Assembly: GCA_010093605.1 (NCBI GenBank)
Contig: MU004192.1
Coordinates: forward strand, 504,882 to 568,881
Direction: 5' to 3'
DNA length: 64,000 nucleotides
DNA from: Lophium mytilinum
Taxonomy: Eukaryota
The notes under the pieces were generated by a model, which worked only from the letters and a program-made list of their open reading frames with translations, made no database searches and had not been told where the DNA came from. The translations under genes and the position numbers were made by a program. Of the stretch, positions 36,801 through 47,292 are shown in pieces. The number at the start of each line of letters is the position of its first letter. The stretch's first letter is position 1.

Positions 36801-37768
36801 ACCATTTAGAGTCTGACCCGTTACTCAACGCTGATGTAGACCTACCTGCCGAATTGAAAGAGCCAACGTTTTCCAGCCTTTTGGATATGGATGGATTTAC
36901 GCTGACATGCGATCTTATGTTCAAAACCTTCGAGGGAATGCTTGCTCGACGGGATTCGACCAACGAGATGCCTTATATCCACATCATTTTGGCATTTCTC
37001 GTCTCCTTGGCAGAAGCACACAGGACCACCAACAAGCTTTCCGTATCATCGCTTTTCGATCAGGAATATGTCTTTGATGCTGTTCCTTGGGACTCCCTAT
37101 GTCAATACTTCAACGGCCTCGTTCCGTTATCGATTCCAGAAACCAGCCTAGCAGTTCACACCCTACAGTTCCCGTCCAGTCACTTTTCCGCCCGCCCCCT
37201 CCCCGAAGATTACGCAATGCGCGGACTGGTTTGGACTCAATCATATTTTCCTGCCTACTTTTTCGAGCGTGTGAACTTGGACGAATGGGAGCGAGCTGCT
37301 GATGACCATTCATGTCACAACACGCGCGTAGAGAGAATAATTTGGCTCGGCTACAGGCTCGCAGCTCTCGGTAATATAGTGTACGATCAGTTCCGATTCA
37401 CACATATGCCATCGTACGACGGGTCGCATTTTGAAACCATGTCTACTCCTATGGACTTTTTCGAGCCTAGTGGTTTGAATCCTAGCTTCAAGATGGAAAT
37501 GTACGACGGCAGGTTTGATGAGAGCCCTGCTGCGATCAGCACAACTCGAAGCTCAAACGCGTCATTGGTATCGGGAATTGAGTACACTCCGGCATCATCT
37601 ATCGGAGCAAATGACAATACGCCGACACCGCATGCTAGGGAGTCGCCTTCTTCAGTCTTCGACTTGAGCGTCAACGAACCAGCTACGCGACTCTGGAATG
37701 ACATTAGCTCGCAGCTGCAGACGATTCGATCCATGATGGTAACTGAGGCATGCGATAGCGTTGATTGA
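33836..37768 (+). CDS. Est1/SMG6/Ebs1-like helical-domain protein with upstream Clr5-like domain and C2H2 finger; exons 33836-34443, 34493-34722, 34916-35210, 35350-37768; in-frame TAG at 34268-34270
   Basis: Est1-like block LIALH..HHDF..ASQHPSASPALRRLA.KYSMPARMW, LGDISRYRMAIED, GRLYHHLAILARP, PLPEDYAMRGLVW. Clr5-like WERHFPTISKL..GFSPSRKQLKTKTTQW..KN. Finger CGHFGCTAPLFQTQYLLHCHTTIH. Splice phases are consistent (3552 nt in total). Confidence 0.75.
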
Positions 37769-38391
37769 ACTGGTACCGGCTGTTTCCGGGGTTCTTTTGG
37801 CTATGGACACACCCTATGTCGCAATGTTTTTTCAGAGAGTGGAAACAATCAGCGTCTTCGCCAACGGGAAGGTGTTCAAAGAACTTGTAGATATAATATG
37901 ACACCGGATCGAGAGATGATGAGGATGATGATCTAATAAGGAAACCCGTCCGCTGTGTATATTGAGACCTAAGGAAAAAGATTAATATGCCAGGAGGAAA
38001 AGGCTTTCGCGGTTGTGAAGTCCGAGACAGCCTAAGCCTTTCAGAAGTACGGAACTCTCAACGTATTTTGTAGTAAAGCATGAGATGCTAGTGTTAGGCT
38101 GACGGACTTATGTATGTACAGCATTATTTAATTTAGTGATGTTTTGTTCTTCAATCTATCTTGGTGGGGAAAAGCGTGCAAGAGCCTCACCCCTCCAGAA
38201 TACGCGCCCGTGGCGCCGTGGCGTTTCGCTAGCGTAATCGGACTGAAGGCTGAAGGTGTACGAGAGTTCCTGAACACTGCTGCCTCCACACTACTGCCTC
38301 TCAAGCCCTCCCCTCCCCCCTTTTCTTGAGAAAGAACGGGACTGTGTCCAGTAGAAACCTCTTTTCCCCGTCACCCGTCAGCTAGGGCAGA

Positions 38392-41032
38392 ATGGACCCT
38401 CTTTCAGTCACGGCAACAGTCGCTAGTCTCATAGGCATATCTATTAGGCTTGGCCAGTCTCTCAATACTCTACGAGCGAAGTTCAACAGATCTCAACAAA
38501 CGATAGCCGCTCTTTGCGGTGAATGCAGCACCACTACTGCAGGTTTAGATCAGCTCCAGAAGTTGATGCTTAATAGATCTGACCTTCTTGGCTCTTCGTC
38601 ACAGTCACAGCAGAATCTGGTCAATTCCCTCGGTGCCACTATGATCAACATAGCGCAGACCTTTTCCATCCTTGACAGAGAGCTTGGGAAATTGGCTAAG
38701 GCTGGAATTAAAACACGAATGCTCTTCATGTTCATGGAGGACAATCTCAAAGGACTCATGCTAGAAATCCGAGACCAACGAAACTCCCTTAGCTTTCTGA
38801 TCACATGCATTCAATTGTAAGGCATTTTAAAACTCTCTCGACTCTCACACATAAGTGTGATGAGAAGCACAGGAAGGGTTCAAGGATAAGGAATCAGCCT
38901 CCGGCCTGAATTACGGATGCTTGGAAAGCCCGTATCTGTGCCCAGAAATCTTTGAAAGAGTCTCGCTCAATATCCATTAACTATTGATGACAAGACACTT
39001 GGAAAGTTCAAAAGCCTCTGAGTCACTGACAGCATACAGAACAAAGATTTCTGACATTGACCAATGCCTGCGGACGGAGTCTTCTGGCTTAGAGGCACTT
39101 CGCCGAACTGCGACCAGAGCGAAAGCGTTTCGCCCCACACCGCGCACAACACCCCCTACTGCAGATTCTTGCGCGGACGACTTAGAAGCAATTCTCAAGA
39201 ACAACGACCTATCAAGCTTCTCCGTTCCAGATGCACCTCAAGATCCGCAATCACCACTACCAACATCTCCATCACCATCGCCATCACCAACATCACCATT
39301 CTGTAAATACAACGCAAGAGACGCAAGCAATAGTGGAGACTTACCTCCAAGGCCTAAGAATAATAGTGCTCCCAAACCTGGATTTGGGCAAAGAACGCCT
39401 TCTGGAACTCTCGTCCATCATGGCCTTCATCTCGCTGTCACAGAGAACAACATCGAACGTGTGAAACAGCTGTTGGCCACTGGAAGCGACCCCCTTGCAC
39501 TCCCAATCGACCCTTATAAATCTCTTCCAAACGCTAGTAAGACCCCGCTCTGTGTTGCAGCCCTTCTCGGAAGAGAAAATATTCTCCAGATATTCTTAGA
39601 GCGAGGGGCCGGCAAAGCGTTGAATGAAAAGATTGGCAACGACCTCCCACCACTACTTGCGGCCTCGTATGCTGGACATGAAGGTGTGGTGAGAATGTTA
39701 CTGGACGCAGGAGCCAACATTAGTCTCAAAGGCGCGGGTAATAACACGAGCCTCTTCTGGGCTGCTTCACGGGGCAATGTTTCCGTCATTAGGCTCCTGC
39801 TCGGTCGTGGAGCTAGACCTGATATCCACCTAAAAAATGACAAAGGCGTCACGCCTCTCATGGTAGCCTCTCAATTTGGTCGGCAAGATGTCGTCGATCT
39901 TCTCATCCATGAGGGATCCGACATCCATGTGCAAAACCAAAAGCTCCAATCTGCTATCCATCTAGCAGCTCACGGTGGGCATGTCTCTACTGTACAAACA
40001 CTGCTGGATTTTCAAGCTCCACTGAACGGGATCACTGACAAAGGCAAAACTCCCATCATCTTCGCTGCAGCTTCTGGCCGCATCGACGTGGTGAGCTTTC
40101 TCCTGGAACGGGGCGCTGCGATCGATCTTCAAGATGTTGATGGCAAGAACGCACTGTACCACGCTGCATCAGCAGGCCACAGCGCTGTGGTAGAGAAAGC
40201 CCTAGACCACAAGGCCTCTACCGAAATCAAATCGCAGAAAGGCGACACTGCTCTTCATATTGCTTGTGAAAATGGCCACGATAAAGTTGTAAAGCTGCTC
40301 CTACACCATGGAGCCCAAATGGAGGCTACCAGATCGGATGATCAGTACACTCCGTTGCACATTGCATCTCGTTTCGGACAACCCGAATGTGCAAGACTTC
40401 TCTTGCTGGTAGGCGCCAACGCCAATGCCAAATGCATCCAACAAACCACACCCCTATATCATGCTGCAACGAAGGGCAACCCGGAGACGGTCGATCTTCT
40501 ACTAGACTCCGGAGTAGATCTTGAAGCCACCGACAGCAGTGGACAAACCGTTCTCAGTCTAGCAGTTCGCGAAGCCTCAGTAACAGCAGTCACCTGCCTC
40601 CTCGGAAAAGGCGCGTCTGCCCGTACTGTTGACAAATTCGGCGCCACGCCACTCCACCGCGCAGCGCGAGCAAGCAACAAAGTCCTAGCCACGCACCTCC
40701 TTGCCGCAGGCGCCGACATCGAAGCCGAAGACGGAGGTGGACATCGCCCCATCCATATTGCCGCTATCTACGGCAGCACTGAAATGGTCGAGTACTTACT
40801 CAGCGAAGGAGCTCTGCTCGAGCCGCTGTCGACTGCGAAACAAAGTCCGCTTATGGTTGCTGCTGCGAATGGGAGGGCTGATATTTTGAAGACGTTGCTG
40901 AGGACTGGCGCTTGGTTAGGGCCAGATAGAGCAGACTGTGCGACGCCAGTAGTGTTAGTTGCGGCGGATGGGTGGGCCGAGGTGGTTGAGGAGGCTGTCA
41001 TACAACGGTGTCAAGCAATGGCTGCGGGATAA
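38392..41032 (+). CDS. N-terminal HeLo-like/SesA-like domain plus about 16 ankyrin repeats, about 805 aa, exons 38392-38816 and 39040-41032
   Basis: MDPLSVTATVASLI-type N-terminus. Intron 38817-39039 (GTAAGG..CTGAC..CAG) gives an in-frame join. Repeated TPL/TAL..AA..G...V..LL..GA units. Confidence 0.8.
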
Positions 41033-41663
41033 AGTGAGATTATGCCCGGATTCCATAGCCGCTTGGTTATGGACAGTGAGCTTAACTCCTCCCCCAAGGA
41101 TCGAATGGTCTAGATCGAAATAGATGTCGAAATAGGACCCTGAAACTATATCGGGAGCTCCTATATCGCATTCTAGGTCCATTTTTCAGATGTCCGATCG
41201 ACCTTCAGCCATACACACCCAGGAGATGGCCGTTATAAAGACCGCCCGAAATGGGTGCAGCTTTGGGTGGGTATTCAAAGGATCAAGATAGGATATCGGC
41301 GAAATCCATTGCTCACCGGAGGCTCATAGATCGAAAGATACGTCTCATAGGGAGTGAATCGTTGCTCAGCAACATAAATGAGAGTTGAGACACATGGGCG
41401 ACGCGAGGAGAGATGAACACCGTTACTATCTATACGCACCGCTACTTCCCATTCTACCCCCCATACATCTCTATCGTCCAAACGGCTTTCCACATCGTCA
41501 ACTGTTGCCCTCGCTTTCATGTCAAGACACTGCGAAAAGATTGTCACATGCTCCCCACGCCGACACCGTTCCACCTCACTACAACACGTAGCTTCTAACG
41601 GACCGCCACCATCGAAAACACGAACGGCGCCGTGAGTCGCCTCTACTTCAATTTCTTGGCCCA

Positions 41664-42818
41664 TCAAGCGTTGCGAAATGTGTACGACCCGTCGTGGTGC
41701 ATATTTTGTGGCACTGGGTGCGCGTTCCAGGTGACTTGCTTACCAGTATACGCCGTGATAACGTCACCATAGTATACTGGCTGCGGCGTCGCCTCTGGAA
41801 CACCGGGAGTATAGTTGACATCTTTGTGCACGTTTGCATCGTCTTTCTCCTTCAAGTCATCCGAGCCGGAGATCCACATAAAAGTGCTATAGATGCCTAT
41901 GGAGAGGAAGCCGTAGAATAGAAGGCGGAGCAGCTTCACGACGCCGGACTCTGTGTGGGGCTTGTACGTGAAGGCAGCAGCAAAGACGAGTTGGACGAGG
42001 CTGCGGGCATCGACGCAGGCGACTAGGAGGGGAAGGCCGACTCGAATTGCTTTGGCGGGTGTCTGGCGCCGGTGTAGCTTTCGGAGGATGTAGATGGTGA
42101 TCCAGGTTAAGATGATGGCCGCACCGAAGTATATGCAGTAAAAGGCGAGGGTGATCTTGGTGTATGCGGTCAGAATCTCTACTCGTGGCCCGCCCGTGTT
42201 TGCGATAGCTTGTTTGGTCTCCTCGCTCAACAGGCGGTTCGAGACAAGGTAGTATATGAATGCGGCTGGGTTGGCTGCGGCGAGAAGCATCAGGCCCCAG
42301 GTGATGAGACGGAGGCCGACCATCATGAGGGAGTTGCTTTCCTTCTTGGCCCCTGCATGCTCGTAGAGTAACAAGGTGAAAGCACCGAGGAGAAACACCA
42401 TTAGCCACGCGTCGGCGAAGAGGGTCATTGTCTCTAGGACGATCAAGAACGGGTAATACATGACTACGCGTTTCTCATTGATCTCGGTGAGGACACGGTC
42501 GGCAGTGTAGACGGCAAAGTACCTTTGCGTTGATTAGCTGCATCGCTTTGGAGAGTGGGAAAGGACATACAGCATCAGGATAGCTGATGAAAACCTGAAT
42601 TGCCATATGAAGTTTTTGCTCTTGCTTTTGTTTTTCCTTTTCCAACAGCACAAGCAGCAAGTCACGACGTAATGTCCGAAGAAAAAGAGGAAGCAGAGGG
42701 CCGCTGCCACGAAGGTAGCCGTTGGCAGCGGGTCCCGGAAGTGTGAGCCGGGAATCCGCCATTCCAAGATATTTCCTGTGGTGTTGAAGGTTGGAATTTG
42801 ATCAAGTATGGGCGCCAT
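41664..42818 (-). CDS. Uncharacterised multi-pass (about 7 TM) membrane protein, intron 42523-42570
   Basis: Two hydrophobic ORFs joined in frame by a 48-nt GTATGT..GCTAAT..AAG intron. Confidence 0.75.
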
Positions 42819-44096
42819 TGGTACGGCTTAATAATTGATGAGATACAGGACGTCCGCAGTTGCTCCTCAGAAGTTACAAATCAGGTGACGAGGAGAACAA
42901 GAGAGAAGTAAATTAGGATGAACCAAGTTACATGGCCGCCGATTCTTAAACAGCGATCACGCACTCCTTGCCACTCAGCCCACCCTCCAAAAGGCTTGCA
43001 TATTGAGCTTCAGCTTCGTATAATTTGCACGACGGAGAGGCCTTTGCCCAATTACTATCGTGTAGGGACGCCTGCCAAGATAGGTAGATGGCTGTTCGAC
43101 ACTTGGCGCCTTGTCGCCGAGTCCGGGTTGGATTTAGCCTACCCTGAACAGAGTAGAGCACCAATGGATCTAGGAGGATCGGCAAGCAGAAGACCATTTT
43201 GCTAGAAGTACCTACTCGTGGTGAATATGGTGCAATATCGCCAAACAATTAGAGGACGAGGTACAGGGGTTGAGTACTGTGAGAATGGTTATCGTGCCAA
43301 TACTTGTGTTCAGTCCTAAAAGGGACAACGGTCCAACACGTGCTTGAGTAAAGCTTGCAAGGCAAAGCCTGCAGCCTTGAGCCAAGAGATGGCACTGAGG
43401 TGGCGGTAGAGATGCAGCCAGCAGCCAGTCATATAAATGTACAGATTCGGCTATCTGTTCAGCTCGTTGTCTAGGCCGCACCAACCATCCGCCACAACAC
43501 ACTCGGGCACCAGCACGGCAGTAATCCGCCCGACTGAATTTCAAGATTTGAGTGAAGATTGACCTCTGGGATCGGACTACTTGTGAAGCAGCAAAGCTTG
43601 TAAGTGTCAGCGAATCTTTGGAATGGAGAGACTGATTGATAAGCAGATGAAAAACCAAGTGAGTCTTTTGGCATTGCTTCTCTGCTATAGAAAGAGTATC
43701 TATGAAGCCCATAGATCGGTCACTTTTTAGTAGGAAGACGGAAGACGATCGTTGAGCCCTCAGCCAACCAGAACGTTCAAAGGGCACGTGATATGTCCTT
43801 CTAATAGAAAGGGTAACTATGACCCTGGCGCCCTTTTGATATAGAAATTAGACGCCTCAGTATTACGATAAGCTCTAACTTATATACTTAGGTAGTGTCC
43901 ATGTCAGCTGATGTTGTCCTCGTATTACCTTTGTAAAGCCAAGTGATCCTGCGGCTGAGGTTGGCTCGGCTCCCCCTCTGCGACTTGCCAGCCTCTGAAC
44001 TTCGGTCTGCAACAAACACACTAAATTACTCTTACACTACCTACCTCATCCCACAAGGGGTGTCTCTAATTGTCGAAGACCGCTGCTATTTTAGCT

Positions 44097-46685
44097 ATGG
44101 ACCATCTCCCTCTCCCGTCCAGCCCTAGCCTCAACCACGAGATACCGTATTTATGCACCGAGAACTTCGATGGCGGCCCGTTTGCCACATATGATACACG
44201 CTCAGGCTGGACCTGGAGCTCTGTCGCCGGTCAGATCCAGTTTAAGCGCAACGGGAAGACTGCAAATAATGAGCAAATTGCCTCGTTCTTGCAGACCTGG
44301 TTATACTTCGGACTGCTCAGTGAGACACTGGGGGAATGGAGCCCTGGTCTCCATAAGCGATTCATTGCGGAGGGAAAGAGTGGTCAGAAGAGACTATCCA
44401 CCCAATACCTCGAGCAGACTGTGGTAGATTGGAGTGGACTGCTTGCCGAAATACCACTTGGAATGAGTTGGAAGTCGAGACTTTTGCTTTATTCGAGGCA
44501 GATCACGCGAGCTCTGAAGAAACTGTTACGCCTACTGGGGCTTCCAATGCAGCCAGACACGAGACGAGAGGACCTAGAGAAGGATCTGGACAGATTTCGG
44601 GCATGCCTGCAGACCACTCAGTCTTTAATATTCCATTTCTACCGTCATCGCAAAAGATACCATGATTCTGAAGTCTATCAACTGCTGGCGCTGATGGAAC
44701 TAGCCATGTTTTTGACCCTTACCTGGAATAACATTTACTCTCATGTTACTGGCAAATTACCAGAAGGCCTTCTTGCGCTTCAAAATGGAAAGTCTATCAC
44801 AAATGTATTCCTCACAAAACACATGCGCAAGAAGAACTGGTGTCCGAGCGATATAGCCAGAATCATGGGAGACAGCCCGTCAAGTACCATTTGGTACTAC
44901 GCCAACATGACGCCTCCAAGAAAAAAGTTGGATCACAAGGGCTGCTCAGAAGTGTTCTGCAAGCGGACACAGATTGACATGAACGAAAACTACCAACTAT
45001 CGCATACGGGCCCCGGTTGCAATTGTCAGCTGGTTTACGCAGACTTTAAACAGCTCAAAGGTATTCTCAATTACGGCGACATACCAGTGCTGAAACGGGA
45101 ACGGGATTCATCAATCGACCAAAGCAAAGTCACGGCGCTTTCGAGCTCCAACAATCCATACGTAGCCATCTCACACATATGGGCGGAAGGCCTTGGGGAC
45201 CCGTATGATAACGCTCTCCATGAGTGTGAGGTTGCGAGGTTATTCACATTGATTGAGCAAATACCCGTACCCGAAATAGAGACGACTTGCTTATGGATCG
45301 ATACAATGTGTGTTCCGGTGGGAAGGAAACATCCCGACCTAAATAAGCTGGCGATGAACAAAATGAAGGATACGTATGTCTCGGCTGCAGCAGTATTGGT
45401 GTTAGATAGGTATGTTCAAGAATTTGAGGCCAAGCAATCTCCACTAGAAGCCTTTGCTCGTGTCGCCAACTCCAGTTGGATGCAGCGTTTGTGGACACTC
45501 CAAGAAGGAAGACTCTCCAAGCAGGTCTGGTTTCAATTTGCAGATGGACCGATCCTGCTAGTCGACATCTTCAACTGCATTCCACGGTCGCGGTTCCCCG
45601 CGTCAGGTGCCAATGTTGTCAATGTGAACATCACCATGAGCTACCGCGCCAGTAAGCTCCATAGGATTGCCGAAGAGGAGTTGATATTCAAACCCCTCTA
45701 CGAAGGGTTGTTTGCAACACGTACAGCTGTCATGTCTCGAGCGGTATCATGGCATTCTGACGAGGCTCTCTGTCTAGCCTTTTTAATGGACCTGGATATC
45801 GAACACATCATTCACACCGAAGATGACCGAAAGATGGAGGCCTTTTGGGAGTTGTTGCCAATTCTACCGCTCAGTCTGGTCTTCTCAAAAGCACCAAAAA
45901 AGTTGGCCAAACCAGGTTTTCGCTGGGCGCCGTCGACATTCTTAGGCCCTATTCCCGGCACATTACACGACAGTTGGGCTGGGCCGAACCAGTTGTGGAA
46001 AAGGCTAGAGGCCAAACCTACACGATTCGGGCTACTCATAAACTTGCCTGGTGTTCTTATCCAGCCGAAAAGGTCCAGAAGCGGCTGGAGTATTGGCCTG
46101 CAGTTGGGCACCAAATACACCTTTCAGACCGGAGATGATAAATGGTTTGCCATATCTTTAGCTGGGCCCTGGAGCAAATTAACGACTGGATCACGTCCAG
46201 AGGAGAGCTCTGAAACCATTGCAATCATACTCCAGGATATCCTTCCTCCGCCTAACGTTCTTCTAAATGCTGTGGTCGGTAAGATCACCCAGGAACATGA
46301 CAATGAATATCATGTCGAGGTCCTTCAGCACGCGGAAGTCATGCAGCTAGATCCAGGGTTCTCCCTCATGTACACTACTGCGGCGCAATGTGCGCAAGCT
46401 TTGTGGAAGGACCATGATCCCGATACCGAACGATTGTTCATGAAGAGCAACGAAAACAAACTCAGCCCTGACATCAAACAGAAGTGTATTGCTCAAGCTA
46501 AAGAGGCGTTACTTCGACCTGATTTGCTCGACGTTTGTCGAGAAAAGCGAAGGCTGGCCGGAGTTGTGAATGATACTGATGAAGAGGTTACTTTCATGCT
46601 GGCGGGAATCACGCATCAAGTCTTTGTTGAGGGGTTCAATTATGCGGAAACTCGTGGTGCGCATCAAAGATGGTATATTGATTGA
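44097..46685 (+). CDS. HET-domain (heterokaryon incompatibility) protein, about 862 aa
   Basis: HET motifs YVAISHIWAEGLG, LWIDTMCVP, MKDTYVSAAAVLVLD and WMQRLWTLQEG; N-terminal FLQTWLYFGLL and WCPSDI; Cys/His cluster before the HET domain. Confidence 0.92.
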   Translation: MDHLPLPSSPSLNHEIPYLCTENFDGGPFATYDTRSGWTWSSVAGQIQFKRNGKTANNEQIASFLQTWLYFGLLSETLGEWSPGLHKRFIAEGKSGQKRLSTQYLEQTVVDWSGLLAEIPLGMSWKSRLLLYSRQITRALKKLLRLLGLPMQPDTRREDLEKDLDRFRACLQTTQSLIFHFYRHRKRYHDSEVYQLLALMELAMFLTLTWNNIYSHVTGKLPEGLLALQNGKSITNVFLTKHMRKKNWCPSDIARIMGDSPSSTIWYYANMTPPRKKLDHKGCSEVFCKRTQIDMNENYQLSHTGPGCNCQLVYADFKQLKGILNYGDIPVLKRERDSSIDQSKVTALSSSNNPYVAISHIWAEGLGDPYDNALHECEVARLFTLIEQIPVPEIETTCLWIDTMCVPVGRKHPDLNKLAMNKMKDTYVSAAAVLVLDRYVQEFEAKQSPLEAFARVANSSWMQRLWTLQEGRLSKQVWFQFADGPILLVDIFNCIPRSRFPASGANVVNVNITMSYRASKLHRIAEEELIFKPLYEGLFATRTAVMSRAVSWHSDEALCLAFLMDLDIEHIIHTEDDRKMEAFWELLPILPLSLVFSKAPKKLAKPGFRWAPSTFLGPIPGTLHDSWAGPNQLWKRLEAKPTRFGLLINLPGVLIQPKRSRSGWSIGLQLGTKYTFQTGDDKWFAISLAGPWSKLTTGSRPEESSETIAIILQDILPPPNVLLNAVVGKITQEHDNEYHVEVLQHAEVMQLDPGFSLMYTTAAQCAQALWKDHDPDTERLFMKSNENKLSPDIKQKCIAQAKEALLRPDLLDVCREKRRLAGVVNDTDEEVTFMLAGITHQVFVEGFNYAETRGAHQRWYID

Positions 46686-47292
46686 GAGAATGTTTCCTTG
46701 AGAGAAGTGTATTCACGGCCCACGGCTTAGTGCTCAAGGGGTGTATGATGAGAAGCCCCGCCTATCTAACTGTATAGACGTAACGGCCGCTGCTGACTGC
46801 TACGACCAGCATTAAACCCTCACACCACCACCCTTTCGGCGGTATGAGCGACCCTACAAGCCACGGCATATTTCCGTTCGTTCGCGATTTTCTAGCTGTT
46901 AAGAGGTATGGCCGCCTCTTCGGATCCCCCGCGCGATATCATACCTCCTATGAACCGCGCACAAGCAATGTCCATTTCGGCGGTCCTCTTTTCAAGGACC
47001 TCTTCACGCCAGAGGGAAATCCCAACCTCGAATGCATCGCATTTAGCCGTACAGGCTCTATACAGACTCTAATGCTAGGGCTGGAGCCGGACGGGAAAAT
47101 TCACTGCGGTCGATATTGCAGTAGCGGATCTCGGCTTCACTTTTTCCACGAACGGCGGATCTGGGAATTGGACTGCGGGCGCAAATATAGCCTGAGATTA
47201 TCCAAGGTTGGATCACAGCTTAACAGGACTGCTTAAAGCTTGCGCTCGGCCTACATTTGCAATGTCACGTTCCTGGCTTCGACATCGTTTCC

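Noticed and set aside
38871..38983. Calling the HeLo-like-ankyrin gene a pseudogene because of stops after the AG at 38872
   Set aside because: A downstream acceptor at 39039 with a CTGAC branch site restores an open frame.
39100..39420. Amyloid signalling motif (HET-s, PP or sigma type) in the HeLo-like-ankyrin linker
   Set aside because: The linker is Pro/Ser-rich with no N/Q/G pseudo-repeat pattern.
46844..47236. 130-aa ORF between the HET and GH3 genes
   Set aside because: No recognisable motifs; it occupies the likely GH3 promoter, so a gene cannot be supported.
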